64,000 bases of DNA. Origin: an uncultured virus (IMG/VR IMGVR_UViG_3300046685_000084) (lineage: Duplodnaviria; Heunggongvirae; Uroviricota; Caudoviricetes). The first letter of the stretch is position 1; every line of letters starts with the position of its first letter. Location of the stretch: IMG/VR virus record IMGVR_UViG_3300046685_000084; one strand, given 5' to 3'. This document shows, piece after piece, positions 47,664 to 57,900 of the stretch. The translations under genes and the position numbers were made by a program. Under the pieces are notes generated by a model. The model worked only from the letters and a program-made list of their open reading frames with translations, made no database searches and was not told where the DNA came from.

Positions 47664-50600
47664 ATGAAGATAGATAAAACAAAAGTTTTAACGGAAATTA
47701 AAAAATTTCTTGACGGATATAACAATGATTTAAAGTATTTGGTTCATGTTGAAATCGACCCCGAAGTTAATACAGCAGAATGCGTTATTCATGAACCGGG
47801 AAAAGACCCAGAAATTCGTAAAATACAATACACGCCTTTCATGTATATGAAGGATTTGTCGCTTACAGAGAGTAAGATAAGATTGTATGCTCACGACCCC
47901 GGCATCTTAGAAAATAAAAAAATTCAGTATGGCATAACCATAACACCGCTTAAAACAGGAAATCATAGAAGACTTAAGAACGGCTATTGTTTCAAGATAA
48001 CAAGTAGCAAGTCCTATAATGCAATAATTAACTTCTTAAAAGATGGTAGAGTATATCCTTATGAAAAACTTCGTGATGAAGAAGGTAATGAAGTAAAGGA
48101 TGCAAAGGGCGAACCAATATATCTTTACAGGGACTTCTTTTATTCTCCAAGAATTGTTGAACAGTTCTTTATTTCAACGCAATCACGTTTATTTAAAGGA
48201 TTTGAAGAATATAAAAATGTTCATAAGGTCACCTTTGACATAGAAACCACGGGTTTGAGATATCAAAAGGCAAGAGTGTTTGCTATTGGAGTCAGGGATA
48301 ATCGAGGTTTTGAAACAATATTAGAAGTAGATAAATCTGATGACGATGAATCGGAAAAGAATTTGATACAAGATTTTTTTAATCTTATTCTTATGCTACA
48401 GCCTGCAGTTATTTCTGGATATGATTCTGAAAGATTTGACTTTGATTTCATTTTAGGTCGTGCAAAAGAACTTAAAATGGATTTGACAAAGATTAAAACA
48501 ACGCTAAAAAAGGATGCCAATATTAAAAGAAGACCCAATGTTTCAGTTAAATATGGTAATACTGCAGAAAAATTTGTTGCAACCGAAATGTGGGGTATGT
48601 CAGTTATTGATATTATCCACGCAGTAAAGAAAACTGCTGCAGTTAACACCGAAATTAAGGCAAATGGTTTGAAGTATATTGCAAAGCACGAAAAAATTGC
48701 AAGACCTAACAGAACATATATTCCTGGAGAAGACAATGCCATTGGCAGATATTACACAGAAAACAAAATATTTCTTGTCAACGAAACAAACAATTTTATT
48801 GAAATTCCCAATGAGTATCAAGATGTTGCAAAAAAATTATGCAAATTACAGGCAAATAAAGCAACCTGCGATGACCAAGAATATTTAATTGCAAGGGGAA
48901 AATACTTAGACACATGCCCCGAATTTGTTGATTGGTATAAAAAAGAAGCACTTCCCAATAAAATGTCAATATTTATTGGTGGTAAAAATCTTGTTAAGAA
49001 TTACTTACTTGATGACCTTTGGGAAACCGAACAAGTAGATGAACTTTACAATCAGTCGGCTTTCATGTTGGCAAAAATTGTTCCTACCACATATCAGAGG
49101 GTTTGTACAATGGGTACGGCAGCAATATGGAATTTACTTTTAACTGCATGGAGTTATGAAAACGATTTAGCTATTCCACATTGTGATGTTAAAGAAAGTT
49201 TTTCTGGTGGTCTTGCGAGATGTTATAAGGTTGGCTATGCCACAAAGTTAGTTAAGATTGACTATGCCAGTCTTTATCCTATGCTTCAACTTACTTGGAA
49301 TATATTTCCTGTGTTTGATATCACGGGTGTAATAAAGAAAATGTTGTTGTATCTTACAACTACCCGTAATATCTATAAAAAACTTGCAAATTCAGATAAA
49401 CTGAATGCAGAGGAAATTATGATTATGGAGCAGATTGACCCCGAAACACATAAAAAATATTTGTCAGATAGTTTCACCCCTGCAGAACGTGCAATGTTCA
49501 AAGTTAAGCAGTTACCTATTAAGATTTTGAATAACTCATTATTTGGTGCATTGGGTTCTGATATGTCGTTTAACTGGTCTGATAACGTTTGCGCAGCTCG
49601 AATTACGTGTGCAGGTCGTCTCGAATTACGTCATTCAATTTCATGGTTCAGAAAGTATGGCTGTATTGCTTTACTTGCTGTTACTGATGGCGTAAACTTC
49701 CAGATACCAATTTATACAAGAATCAGAATTGTCAATGGTACGGAAACTCTTGAACTTCAAGAAGGATTGATTGAAGAAATGTGGAAATACGGTGATAAGG
49801 TTGGCATAAATGCACTTATAGAGAAATTTAATGTTGAAGAAATGAAACCACCATATATGGCTGTTGATAATGATGGTGAATATATTAGCTGTTTGAATCT
49901 TTCTCGTATCAATTATGCCACTCTTGCAAATGTAAAAGACAAAAAAACTGGTGTAAGCAAAGAAAAGGTTAAATTAACAGGTAACACAATTAAATCCAAA
50001 GTTATGCCTGAGTACATTGAAGAATTTATTGACAAGGGTTTTGATTTAATTCTTCATGGTAAAGGTAAAGAATTTGTCGAATATTATTACGATTACGCAG
50101 ATAACATATATTATAGACGTATTCCATTAAAGAAAATTGCAACCAAGAACAGGGTTAAGATGTCTTTAAATGCCTATAGGAAAAGAGGTAAGGACAAGAA
50201 TGGCAGGGATAAGGCAAAACAGGCACATATGGAATTATTGACTGAAAAGAGACAGAAAATTGCTGATGAACTCTTTGAAAAACATAAGGCAAACATACCG
50301 TTTACTAAAGATGAAGCAAAATTAACTCCCGATGACCGCTTGAGATTGGTTGCTAACTACATGCCACCTGAACCCGAATTAGATTCGGTTGTATACCAAG
50401 TTAATACCGGATATTTAAAATCACACGGTAGTTCGGCTGAAATTATTGATAAAGAAAGTGGCGAAAAACGTTATGCATCAACATTAATCAGTGCAGAAGA
50501 ACTTCAAGAAAACCCTAACATGACAGGATATTATAATGTTGTAAAATACTTGGATGCATTTAATAGTAGAGTTAGTTCTATACTTGTCGGTTATGATGAT

Positions 50601-51359
50601 AAGGTTGTAAATACCATGCTTTCGAAAATAGTAAAAAGAAAAGTTAAGGATGAATTTGGTAATATTCAGGTTGTGGAAGAATTAACGAAAAAAATGTTTA
50701 CTTCAGAAGAACTTGAACTTAAAAGTTTTGATAGTGATAATTATGAAGACTCCATGTTTTTAGAAGAAAAAGAAGTAGAATTCTGGAATAAAACAGGATA
50801 TGACCCAAGACTTGTATGGAATGGTTTTAGTATGCACGAAGAAAATAAGGTATATTACGAAATTTATGAAGGTGCATTGGAATTTTTGAATGACAAAATG
50901 CTTGCAAATGGTAAACCACGAATCAAATCAATTAACGAAGAATATACAAAGGGTGATTTGGTCTTAATTAAAGATGGCAGTTCATATCACTTAGGTGCAT
51001 TCAATGATGTGTTCATGGAAATTATAAGGGAAAATCTTGACATACCTAAGAGTGACATTGAACTCGAACTTGACAGGAGAAGGAAAGAGCATGAAGAAAA
51101 AATGAAAAGCCTTGAATTAGCTGGTATTGAAACCGAAAAGGAAAAGTATCTAAAAGTACAACAGGAAAAACGTAACAAGTATTTTGTGGAATTCAAGAGA
51201 CAGTTTGGCTTGCCGTCTGAAACAACTATGGATAGACTTTTTGTGGAAGTACCTGAAGCACTGGGTGCATTTGATACCTATATGGAAGGCGTAGATGCCG
51301 AACTTGAAGAAGCAGGACAGGAATTCGAAGTTGATGAAAGCGGGGATGGTCCAGAATAA
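47664..51359 (+). CDS. Family B DNA polymerase with 3'-5' exonuclease
   Basis: TFDIETTGL, GYDSERFDFDFI, IDYASLYP, KILNNSLFG, VTDG. Confidence 0.92.
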   Translation: MKIDKTKVLTEIKKFLDGYNNDLKYLVHVEIDPEVNTAECVIHEPGKDPEIRKIQYTPFMYMKDLSLTESKIRLYAHDPGILENKKIQYGITITPLKTGNHRRLKNGYCFKITSSKSYNAIINFLKDGRVYPYEKLRDEEGNEVKDAKGEPIYLYRDFFYSPRIVEQFFISTQSRLFKGFEEYKNVHKVTFDIETTGLRYQKARVFAIGVRDNRGFETILEVDKSDDDESEKNLIQDFFNLILMLQPAVISGYDSERFDFDFILGRAKELKMDLTKIKTTLKKDANIKRRPNVSVKYGNTAEKFVATEMWGMSVIDIIHAVKKTAAVNTEIKANGLKYIAKHEKIARPNRTYIPGEDNAIGRYYTENKIFLVNETNNFIEIPNEYQDVAKKLCKLQANKATCDDQEYLIARGKYLDTCPEFVDWYKKEALPNKMSIFIGGKNLVKNYLLDDLWETEQVDELYNQSAFMLAKIVPTTYQRVCTMGTAAIWNLLLTAWSYENDLAIPHCDVKESFSGGLARCYKVGYATKLVKIDYASLYPMLQLTWNIFPVFDITGVIKKMLLYLTTTRNIYKKLANSDKLNAEEIMIMEQIDPETHKKYLSDSFTPAERAMFKVKQLPIKILNNSLFGALGSDMSFNWSDNVCAARITCAGRLELRHSISWFRKYGCIALLAVTDGVNFQIPIYTRIRIVNGTETLELQEGLIEEMWKYGDKVGINALIEKFNVEEMKPPYMAVDNDGEYISCLNLSRINYATLANVKDKKTGVSKEKVKLTGNTIKSKVMPEYIEEFIDKGFDLILHGKGKEFVEYYYDYADNIYYRRIPLKKIATKNRVKMSLNAYRKRGKDKNGRDKAKQAHMELLTEKRQKIADELFEKHKANIPFTKDEAKLTPDDRLRLVANYMPPEPELDSVVYQVNTGYLKSHGSSAEIIDKESGEKRYASTLISAEELQENPNMTGYYNVVKYLDAFNSRVSSILVGYDDKVVNTMLSKIVKRKVKDEFGNIQVVEELTKKMFTSEELELKSFDSDNYEDSMFLEEKEVEFWNKTGYDPRLVWNGFSMHEENKVYYEIYEGALEFLNDKMLANGKPRIKSINEEYTKGDLVLIKDGSSYHLGAFNDVFMEIIRENLDIPKSDIELELDRRRKEHEEKMKSLELAGIETEKEKYLKVQQEKRNKYFVEFKRQFGLPSETTMDRLFVEVPEALGAFDTYMEGVDAELEEAGQEFEVDESGDGPE

Positions 51360-51414
51360 TAATTTCATGGTGCGTATTAACGTTTTAATAGTATTTATAT
51401 GAAAATATAGTACC

Positions 51415-52044
51415 ATGAAATTCAAAAAGAAAGAATTATTAGAAATCATAGATTCCAACGGTGACTTGATAGGCAAGAATGATATGCCTTCAGTAGATGC
51501 TAACGCAGATACTCAAGCATCCAATACTACAGACTATAATGCCAAGGTGGGTCAGCAACCATTTAGATATGATATGTTGGGTCGTTTTGGCTTTACATTA
51601 ATGCCTTTCATGGAAGGCAAAGAAGAAAACGAAGGTCAAAAGGAATTACTTAATGATTTATCGAAACTTATGCATGACAAATTCATGGAAATCATCAAGT
51701 ATTATTATAAGAATCCAAATAAATTAAAATCAGATTATAGAAAAGCATCTGCAGATAATGCAGAGCATTCAGAAGAATGTCAGAAAGCTGATATGGAATC
51801 AGCAAGAAAGATTATTAAGGTTGTTGAAAAACATTTTGAAAACGCATTTAAAAAACCCGAAATAATTGATGAAGCTGCAATGCTTGAAGACAAAGTAATT
51901 GACAAAAGAACTGAAGACGAAATCAGTGAAAAATCTGAAGACAAAGAAATTAGCGATAAAAAACTTGAAAAAATTGCTGGCTTAATAAATAAGTTGGACC
52001 AAAAAGATATTGATAAGATAAAGAATTTATTGGAAGCAAAATAA
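51415..52044 (+). CDS. Hypothetical protein
   Basis: 209-aa ORF after GTATTTATA. Confidence 0.6.
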   Translation: MKFKKKELLEIIDSNGDLIGKNDMPSVDANADTQASNTTDYNAKVGQQPFRYDMLGRFGFTLMPFMEGKEENEGQKELLNDLSKLMHDKFMEIIKYYYKNPNKLKSDYRKASADNAEHSEECQKADMESARKIIKVVEKHFENAFKKPEIIDEAAMLEDKVIDKRTEDEISEKSEDKEISDKKLEKIAGLINKLDQKDIDKIKNLLEAK

Positions 52045-52841
52045 TGGCAAACTCACAATTACTCGATAAACAGTATAGGATACCCCCAGACGTGTTGAAA
52101 TACATTCAGATGACCTTGGTATCCAATCCAAGTGGTGAAGGCGTTAAACGAGCCAAATTCATGCTTAATAATGGTGTAATTACATATCAAGCAATGAAAA
52201 GACTTAAAAACTTTTTTGATTATTTTAATTCAGAGTCTGGTGACAAAATACAGTATGCACTTGCTGGTGGAAATTTGATGAAGCAATTTATTGAAACTTC
52301 ATTGGCGCAAGATAGAGCAGGTGTTGCAAGGTCTAAGGAAGTTCGCCAAGATATGACAGCAGAGCCGAGTTCAGAATTAATGCCATATCAGACACCAAGG
52401 TTGAATGAAGAAGATAAAAAAGAAAAGAAAACTGATTTAAAAAAGAATGCTTGTGCGGTAATAGTAAATAAGGACAATAAAATACTTTTGCTTAAAAGAG
52501 CAGAAGGTAAAGATATTTGGATGCCAAAAAAATGGGCATTGGTTGGTGGTGGTATTGAAAAGGGCGAAACTCCGTTAAGAGCAATAGAAAGAGAAATACT
52601 TGAAGAAATTGGAATGGAAATCCCGAAGTTTGTTAAGACATTTACTATACAAAGAAATCCCGATAGTATTGAAACAATCTTTGCTTGCCGTTTCGAAGGC
52701 GACCCAACAGAAATTGAATTAAATAATGAAAATACAAATTATGGTTGGTACGATGTAGATGAAATGCATTTTCTCGATACTGTGCCAAACTTAATTGAAT
52801 ATGTTACATTAGCATTTACAGGTAAAAAATATAACGACTAA
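52044..52841 (+). CDS. Unknown N-terminal domain fused to NUDIX hydrolase
   Basis: Nudix box GGGIEKGETPLRAIEREILEEIG. Confidence 0.85.
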   Translation: MANSQLLDKQYRIPPDVLKYIQMTLVSNPSGEGVKRAKFMLNNGVITYQAMKRLKNFFDYFNSESGDKIQYALAGGNLMKQFIETSLAQDRAGVARSKEVRQDMTAEPSSELMPYQTPRLNEEDKKEKKTDLKKNACAVIVNKDNKILLLKRAEGKDIWMPKKWALVGGGIEKGETPLRAIEREILEEIGMEIPKFVKTFTIQRNPDSIETIFACRFEGDPTEIELNNENTNYGWYDVDEMHFLDTVPNLIEYVTLAFTGKKYND

Positions 52842-52882
52842 TGTATTTATAAGAAATAACATTAAAAACTAAAACAAAAAAT

Positions 52883-53122
52883 ATGAGCAGATTAGAAGAC
52901 ATAAGCGTACCTTTCAGAAAAATCGAAATCGCAAGAAATGATTATGATAATAATGACCAATATAATGCAGGTCATCCCGATGCATTATCAACTGGCGATG
53001 AACAAGGTAAGGGCGAAGTAAATGGTGAAGTTGGTGGTGCAACGGACATCAAAACAAGAAAAGTCTTAATGACCAAAAACAAATTCAACCGTAACAGAGA
53101 ATACAACGCAGGAACAGCATAA
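52883..53122 (+). CDS. Hypothetical protein
   Basis: 79-aa ORF after GTATTTATA. Confidence 0.55.
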   Translation: MSRLEDISVPFRKIEIARNDYDNNDQYNAGHPDALSTGDEQGKGEVNGEVGGATDIKTRKVLMTKNKFNRNREYNAGTA

Positions 53123-53123
53123 A

Positions 53124-54017
53124 ATGTTAACTGAAGTTAAAATATTCTTAGAATCTTTGACCCACTTTAGGCAACTTTTAAATGAAGGCGTTGGGGAGGG
53201 TAGTATTGTTGATGCCATTAATAAGCATAAGATAGTTTATATTTATTATGCTGGTGATGAAACTGTTATGAAGGGTTATCGAACAATATATCCATTGGTA
53301 TTGGGTCAAAGCAAATCAAAAAAAGCACAAGAAGAAGGTGGTTATGCATTACTTAGAGCATGGCAGGAAGCAGGCAACACAGATAGTAGAAAAGTATATT
53401 ATAACCAAAAGGGAAAAGCTAAATCTGGTTGGCGATTATTTAGAGTAGATAAAATAACTTCATTTTTGCCAACAGGTCAGATTTTTAGTACTGACCCGCA
53501 GAAATTTCCCGATATCAAGTCATATAATCCCGATGATTCTCAAATGACAGGCATTGTAGCTGCCGTACAAATTGATAGTGGCAAGCCACAAACTAATGTT
53601 GTTGGTAATACTACTGCACAAAAGATTGAACCTGAACAGCCATCGGCATTTGCGGGACAAAAAGATAAGTTTCGTAAATTCTCAAATGTTGCCAGAAAAC
53701 AAAGAGATATTACTGCTGATGAAATTCAACATTTGTGGGGTATGGTAAATCAAATGAGGGCAGGCGGGTCAAGGGCAAAATATTGGGTGGTTAGTACGGA
53801 GAATGGTGATATGGTGTTGAAGACCGAAAATCAATTAAAGGATGTCGACCCCAATGCAGTAGTCGGAAATTTGAAAGATTTATATATCAGATTAGTTAAG
53901 CCAAATGAAAAAGCCGATACAAGTTTTTTCAAAAATGTCGAGAAAGATACTATTCAAGAATTAAATCGAACAAATATTGCACAAGAAAATGTAAATAAAC
54001 CGACTTTTTTCAAATAA
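53124..54017 (+). CDS. WYL-like domain protein
   Basis: AI.....V.IYY......R.IYP..LG...LRAW...WRLFRVDKI. Confidence 0.65.
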   Translation: MLTEVKIFLESLTHFRQLLNEGVGEGSIVDAINKHKIVYIYYAGDETVMKGYRTIYPLVLGQSKSKKAQEEGGYALLRAWQEAGNTDSRKVYYNQKGKAKSGWRLFRVDKITSFLPTGQIFSTDPQKFPDIKSYNPDDSQMTGIVAAVQIDSGKPQTNVVGNTTAQKIEPEQPSAFAGQKDKFRKFSNVARKQRDITADEIQHLWGMVNQMRAGGSRAKYWVVSTENGDMVLKTENQLKDVDPNAVVGNLKDLYIRLVKPNEKADTSFFKNVEKDTIQELNRTNIAQENVNKPTFFK

Positions 54018-54063
54018 CCACGTATTTATTATAAAAAATAATAAAATTTTATAATTTAAGAAA

Positions 54064-54843
54064 ATGGCAAATATTAAACCCGATTTAAATAAACTTAGAA
54101 CTGAGATAGATTCCCGTAAACGTGAAAAGGGCACTCTTGTTGAAAATGCTCAAGGTGTACAAATGCCTGCAAAGGATGTGTTCTTAAATAGTTTGATGAC
54201 TTCTGTTTTAACAGGTCAAAATACGCCAGTTGTGAACAATATAAAGACAATGAATGAAAGGGCAGATATTGTTAGTGGCGCAATTAAAACGGGTATAGTA
54301 ACTCCAGAAGCAATAAATAAAATAAAGGAACTAAAGAATTCCACTGGTTATGTTGCTCCTGCTCCAGTAGCCACTCATCCACAATTTCGACAGCCAGTAA
54401 ATGAAGTTGCCGAAATGTCACCAGACAGAGAAGATGCATTTTATGGCGACCTTAATAGGAAAGTAAAAAATATCACACTTGCTGAATCTATCGAAGGATT
54501 TAATAAAGAAAGAATAGCTACAAATCCAAATCAATTATACAACGCTAAAGGGCAACCTGTTAATCCAGATGGAAGTTTATTAAATCCACCTGCATTAACA
54601 TTTAATAATAATGGTATGCCAATGTTAAATGAAGGTTATTTGGTAGAAAACGTGAAGAAAGTTGTTAGCAACTATCTTATTGAAAATTTAGGTCCTATTA
54701 TGGAAGAATCGATTAAAAGTACGATTCTTGAACTCTATGCAGTTGACCGAATAAAAGAAGTGCTTACCGAGAATAAGGAAATGATAAAAACGATAGTGTA
54801 CGAAACTATACGAGAACTTCAAGCAAAGAAAAAGGGACAGTAA
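54064..54843 (+). CDS. Hypothetical protein
   Basis: 259-aa ORF after GTATTTATT. Confidence 0.6.
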   Translation: MANIKPDLNKLRTEIDSRKREKGTLVENAQGVQMPAKDVFLNSLMTSVLTGQNTPVVNNIKTMNERADIVSGAIKTGIVTPEAINKIKELKNSTGYVAPAPVATHPQFRQPVNEVAEMSPDREDAFYGDLNRKVKNITLAESIEGFNKERIATNPNQLYNAKGQPVNPDGSLLNPPALTFNNNGMPMLNEGYLVENVKKVVSNYLIENLGPIMEESIKSTILELYAVDRIKEVLTENKEMIKTIVYETIRELQAKKKGQ

Positions 54844-54859
54844 GATGTCCTTTCTTTTT
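54829..54859 (+). terminator. Probable terminator
   Basis: AAAGGGACA-gtaaga-TGTCCTTT plus T tract. Confidence 0.55.
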
Positions 54860-54900
54860 ATAATCAAGTTTGTATTTATTAATAACTTAATATTCTTGGA

Positions 54901-57900
54901 ATGACATACGCTGAATTCAAACAGAATTTCTTACCAGAATTTCTTAAAATCAAATCATTTGCAGGCAAAGTAAAATATGCCAGCCAATACCTCACAAGAA
55001 TTGGTTCGGGTACTGGTAGAATTGTATATGACATTGATGGCGAAAAAGTATTGAAACTTGCTAAGAATCCCAAGGGTGTTGCTCAGAATGAGACTGAAGC
55101 AGGTGCAGGATATTATCGTGATACTCAGCATATAGTTACAATAGTATTTGATAGTGCTGATGATGATTCTTGGATAATTTCAGAAAAGGCTAAAAAGGTC
55201 AACGAAGCAAGAATTAAACAACTGACAGGAATTCCAAATCTTATTGAATTGTGGAAATATTTAAAAAATCAGCATTCAGCCAATAGGGGTAAAGGACAAC
55301 CATTACATCAAGAACCAGATATGGTTGAAGCGTTAGTCAACAATGAATTTGCACAAGATTTATATGAATTTATTGAAAATTATAGCCAAGAACCTGGCGA
55401 TATGGATAGACCAAGTACATTTGGTGAAGTATTACGTGACGGTCAACCGTCAATAGTGTTAACCGATTATGGACTTAATGATGAAGTTTATAATACCCAT
55501 TATGCTCCAAAAAGACAACAAAATCATCGTATTTTTGAACTTTATAATTTCCAAGACGGTAATGATGATATTCTTGGCGATATGCCACCACAAGATGCCA
55601 TTGATACACGTCAAGGTATGTGGGCATTAATGCCTTACAGTGTTGGTGATGGACCTGGAGTAATTAATGAAGAATTCCTGTCATTCGTAGAAAATACCGA
55701 TAAATATCCACAAGAAATTACGTTACCAAGTACTCCATACATACTTGACGAATTTCATAATGTAGTAAACAATCTCAAAGAAGTTCTCAACCACGTTAAA
55801 GACAAAAAGAAATTCTATGGTAAGTTATTGGAACTTCAAGATTATCTTATTAGAGGAAAATTCTATGACAGAGAACCGCTTGAAGAAGAAATAGTGCAAT
55901 TACATGAAGCCAATACGCCTGGAGTTAAGCCGATGTCATTGAAAAAAGATTATAGTAATACTGTAGCCGAATCTGTTGCGCAAAAATTAAATCTTGGTAC
56001 TGCCGAATTTCTTGGTGGTGGTGGATATGGATTTGCATACACAATTAATAACAATAGAGTATTGAAAATAACAACAGACGTATGTGAAGTAGATGCAGGG
56101 TTGAAAATTCAAAGAGCAAAACCCCAAGCACTTGTGGCAGTTTATAATATATATAAAGTAATTGATAGAGAAAATAATATAACAACATATGCCCTTATTG
56201 AAGACCATATCGCAAATAAGCCGATTGATGAATTTTTTGGATACATTAGTACTATGAATGAAATTAGTATTGTAAATGAAATTAAGCCAAACACTAATTT
56301 ATATGGAAATCTTTTAATTGCATTGAGAAAAAAGAAATTGGACGAATATGTAAAATTAAGTCAAAAAATTTTAACTGAAAATCCTACCGCAAATATATCT
56401 CAATTTGACAGGCAAAAGGCTTATCATTTTATGATGGGATTTCTTGAAATTAAAAGGGAATTAATACAACTTCAAATTAAGTCCGATGATTACAGTAATT
56501 TAGAAAATGTGGGTTATAAGAATAATATTTTAACATATTTTGATATTGGCGGTTGCTTTAATATAATGCAAGAACCACAACTTCCACCAGAAAACCGTAT
56601 CATGCTTCCCGAAGGCGAAGAATTATTGGATGAGGGTGTTAGTAGAGAAAATGCCGATAAAATTGCTAACGTAGTTGCACAAAAATACTATAATACTGCT
56701 CCCAAATATATTGGTGAAGGAGTGTTTGGTGTTGCTTATGACATAGGCAATAATATGGTGCTAAAGGTTACGGGAGATAAAAGTGAGGCAAACGAAAATC
56801 TCATGCTTATTGGTAAACCATTGGAACATATTGCAAAGCCATATAAGGTATTTTCAATTAAACCAAAATCTGGTGATACGGAATTATACATAATTATACT
56901 TGAAAAACTCCGAACTAATCCTGCCGAATTTAAAGCAATTAAAGACAGAATGGATTTTGCTTTTAAAAGAATAATGAATATTGATTATCCCGATGTGGTT
57001 GATTATTATGTTAATGGCTATTCTCCAGGACTTGATGTTGATGAAGAAATGGTCGAAAAATATATGGCAAGAAATCCAAAAGATGCCGACTTTTTTTATG
57101 GAGTTGTGAGAATCGGAAGAGAAGCAAAAGAGTATAGTATTGAAAGTATGGATTATGTAAATCCCACTAATCTTGGATATATGCCAGACGGTAGTTTGGG
57201 TTTCTTTGATGTTGGTTTTGGTAATTATTTCTTTCAAGCAGATAAACAACCAGAAGAAATTCAAGTTGACGAAGATGGCTCTGCAAAATTCAGTACACCA
57301 AATAGTTTTGGTCAAGATAATTTTCCACCATATGATAACACTGCTGACGATTCTCCTTTGACAGACAATAATGTTCCGACAACTGTTGATGAAGATTTAG
57401 AATATCATAATGTTGTGGGTGATGCGACACAGGATAAATATGAACTTGATGAAAGAATTAAGTCGTTTCAGCCAGGAAGTCAGAGTGTTGAAGTTAAGCA
57501 GAAGTGCAGATTAGCGGGTAATGGAAATACTTCAACTGCATGCAATCAAGGAGATATTAATAATCTGAACATCAAGCCAATTAAAGAAAGTGCAGGAAAT
57601 AGTTCTAAAGATTTTTGGGGATGGGTTTCTCCGGACAATAAACTTATTAAAGTTCCATATCTCGACCATAGAAGTTTTATTGAGAAAAAATATCCTGAAT
57701 ATGCAAATGATGTTACCGAATTATTTAACGTGGCATTTAGAGATGGCTGGGTTAGAGTGACATATGAATACAATCAAAGCAACTATCAAGGTAGTTTGGC
57801 TTTAAATGGATATGACAAAAGCAGAGTAAAACAAGTACTTAAAGATAAGTTTTTTAATTTAGTTAAATATGGTAACAATACAATTTATGTTGACTTTGAA

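Noticed and set aside
47664..51359. Intein in the DNA polymerase or helicases
   Set aside because: No C/S-start...HN-C/S/T splice motifs or LAGLIDADG blocks recognised within them
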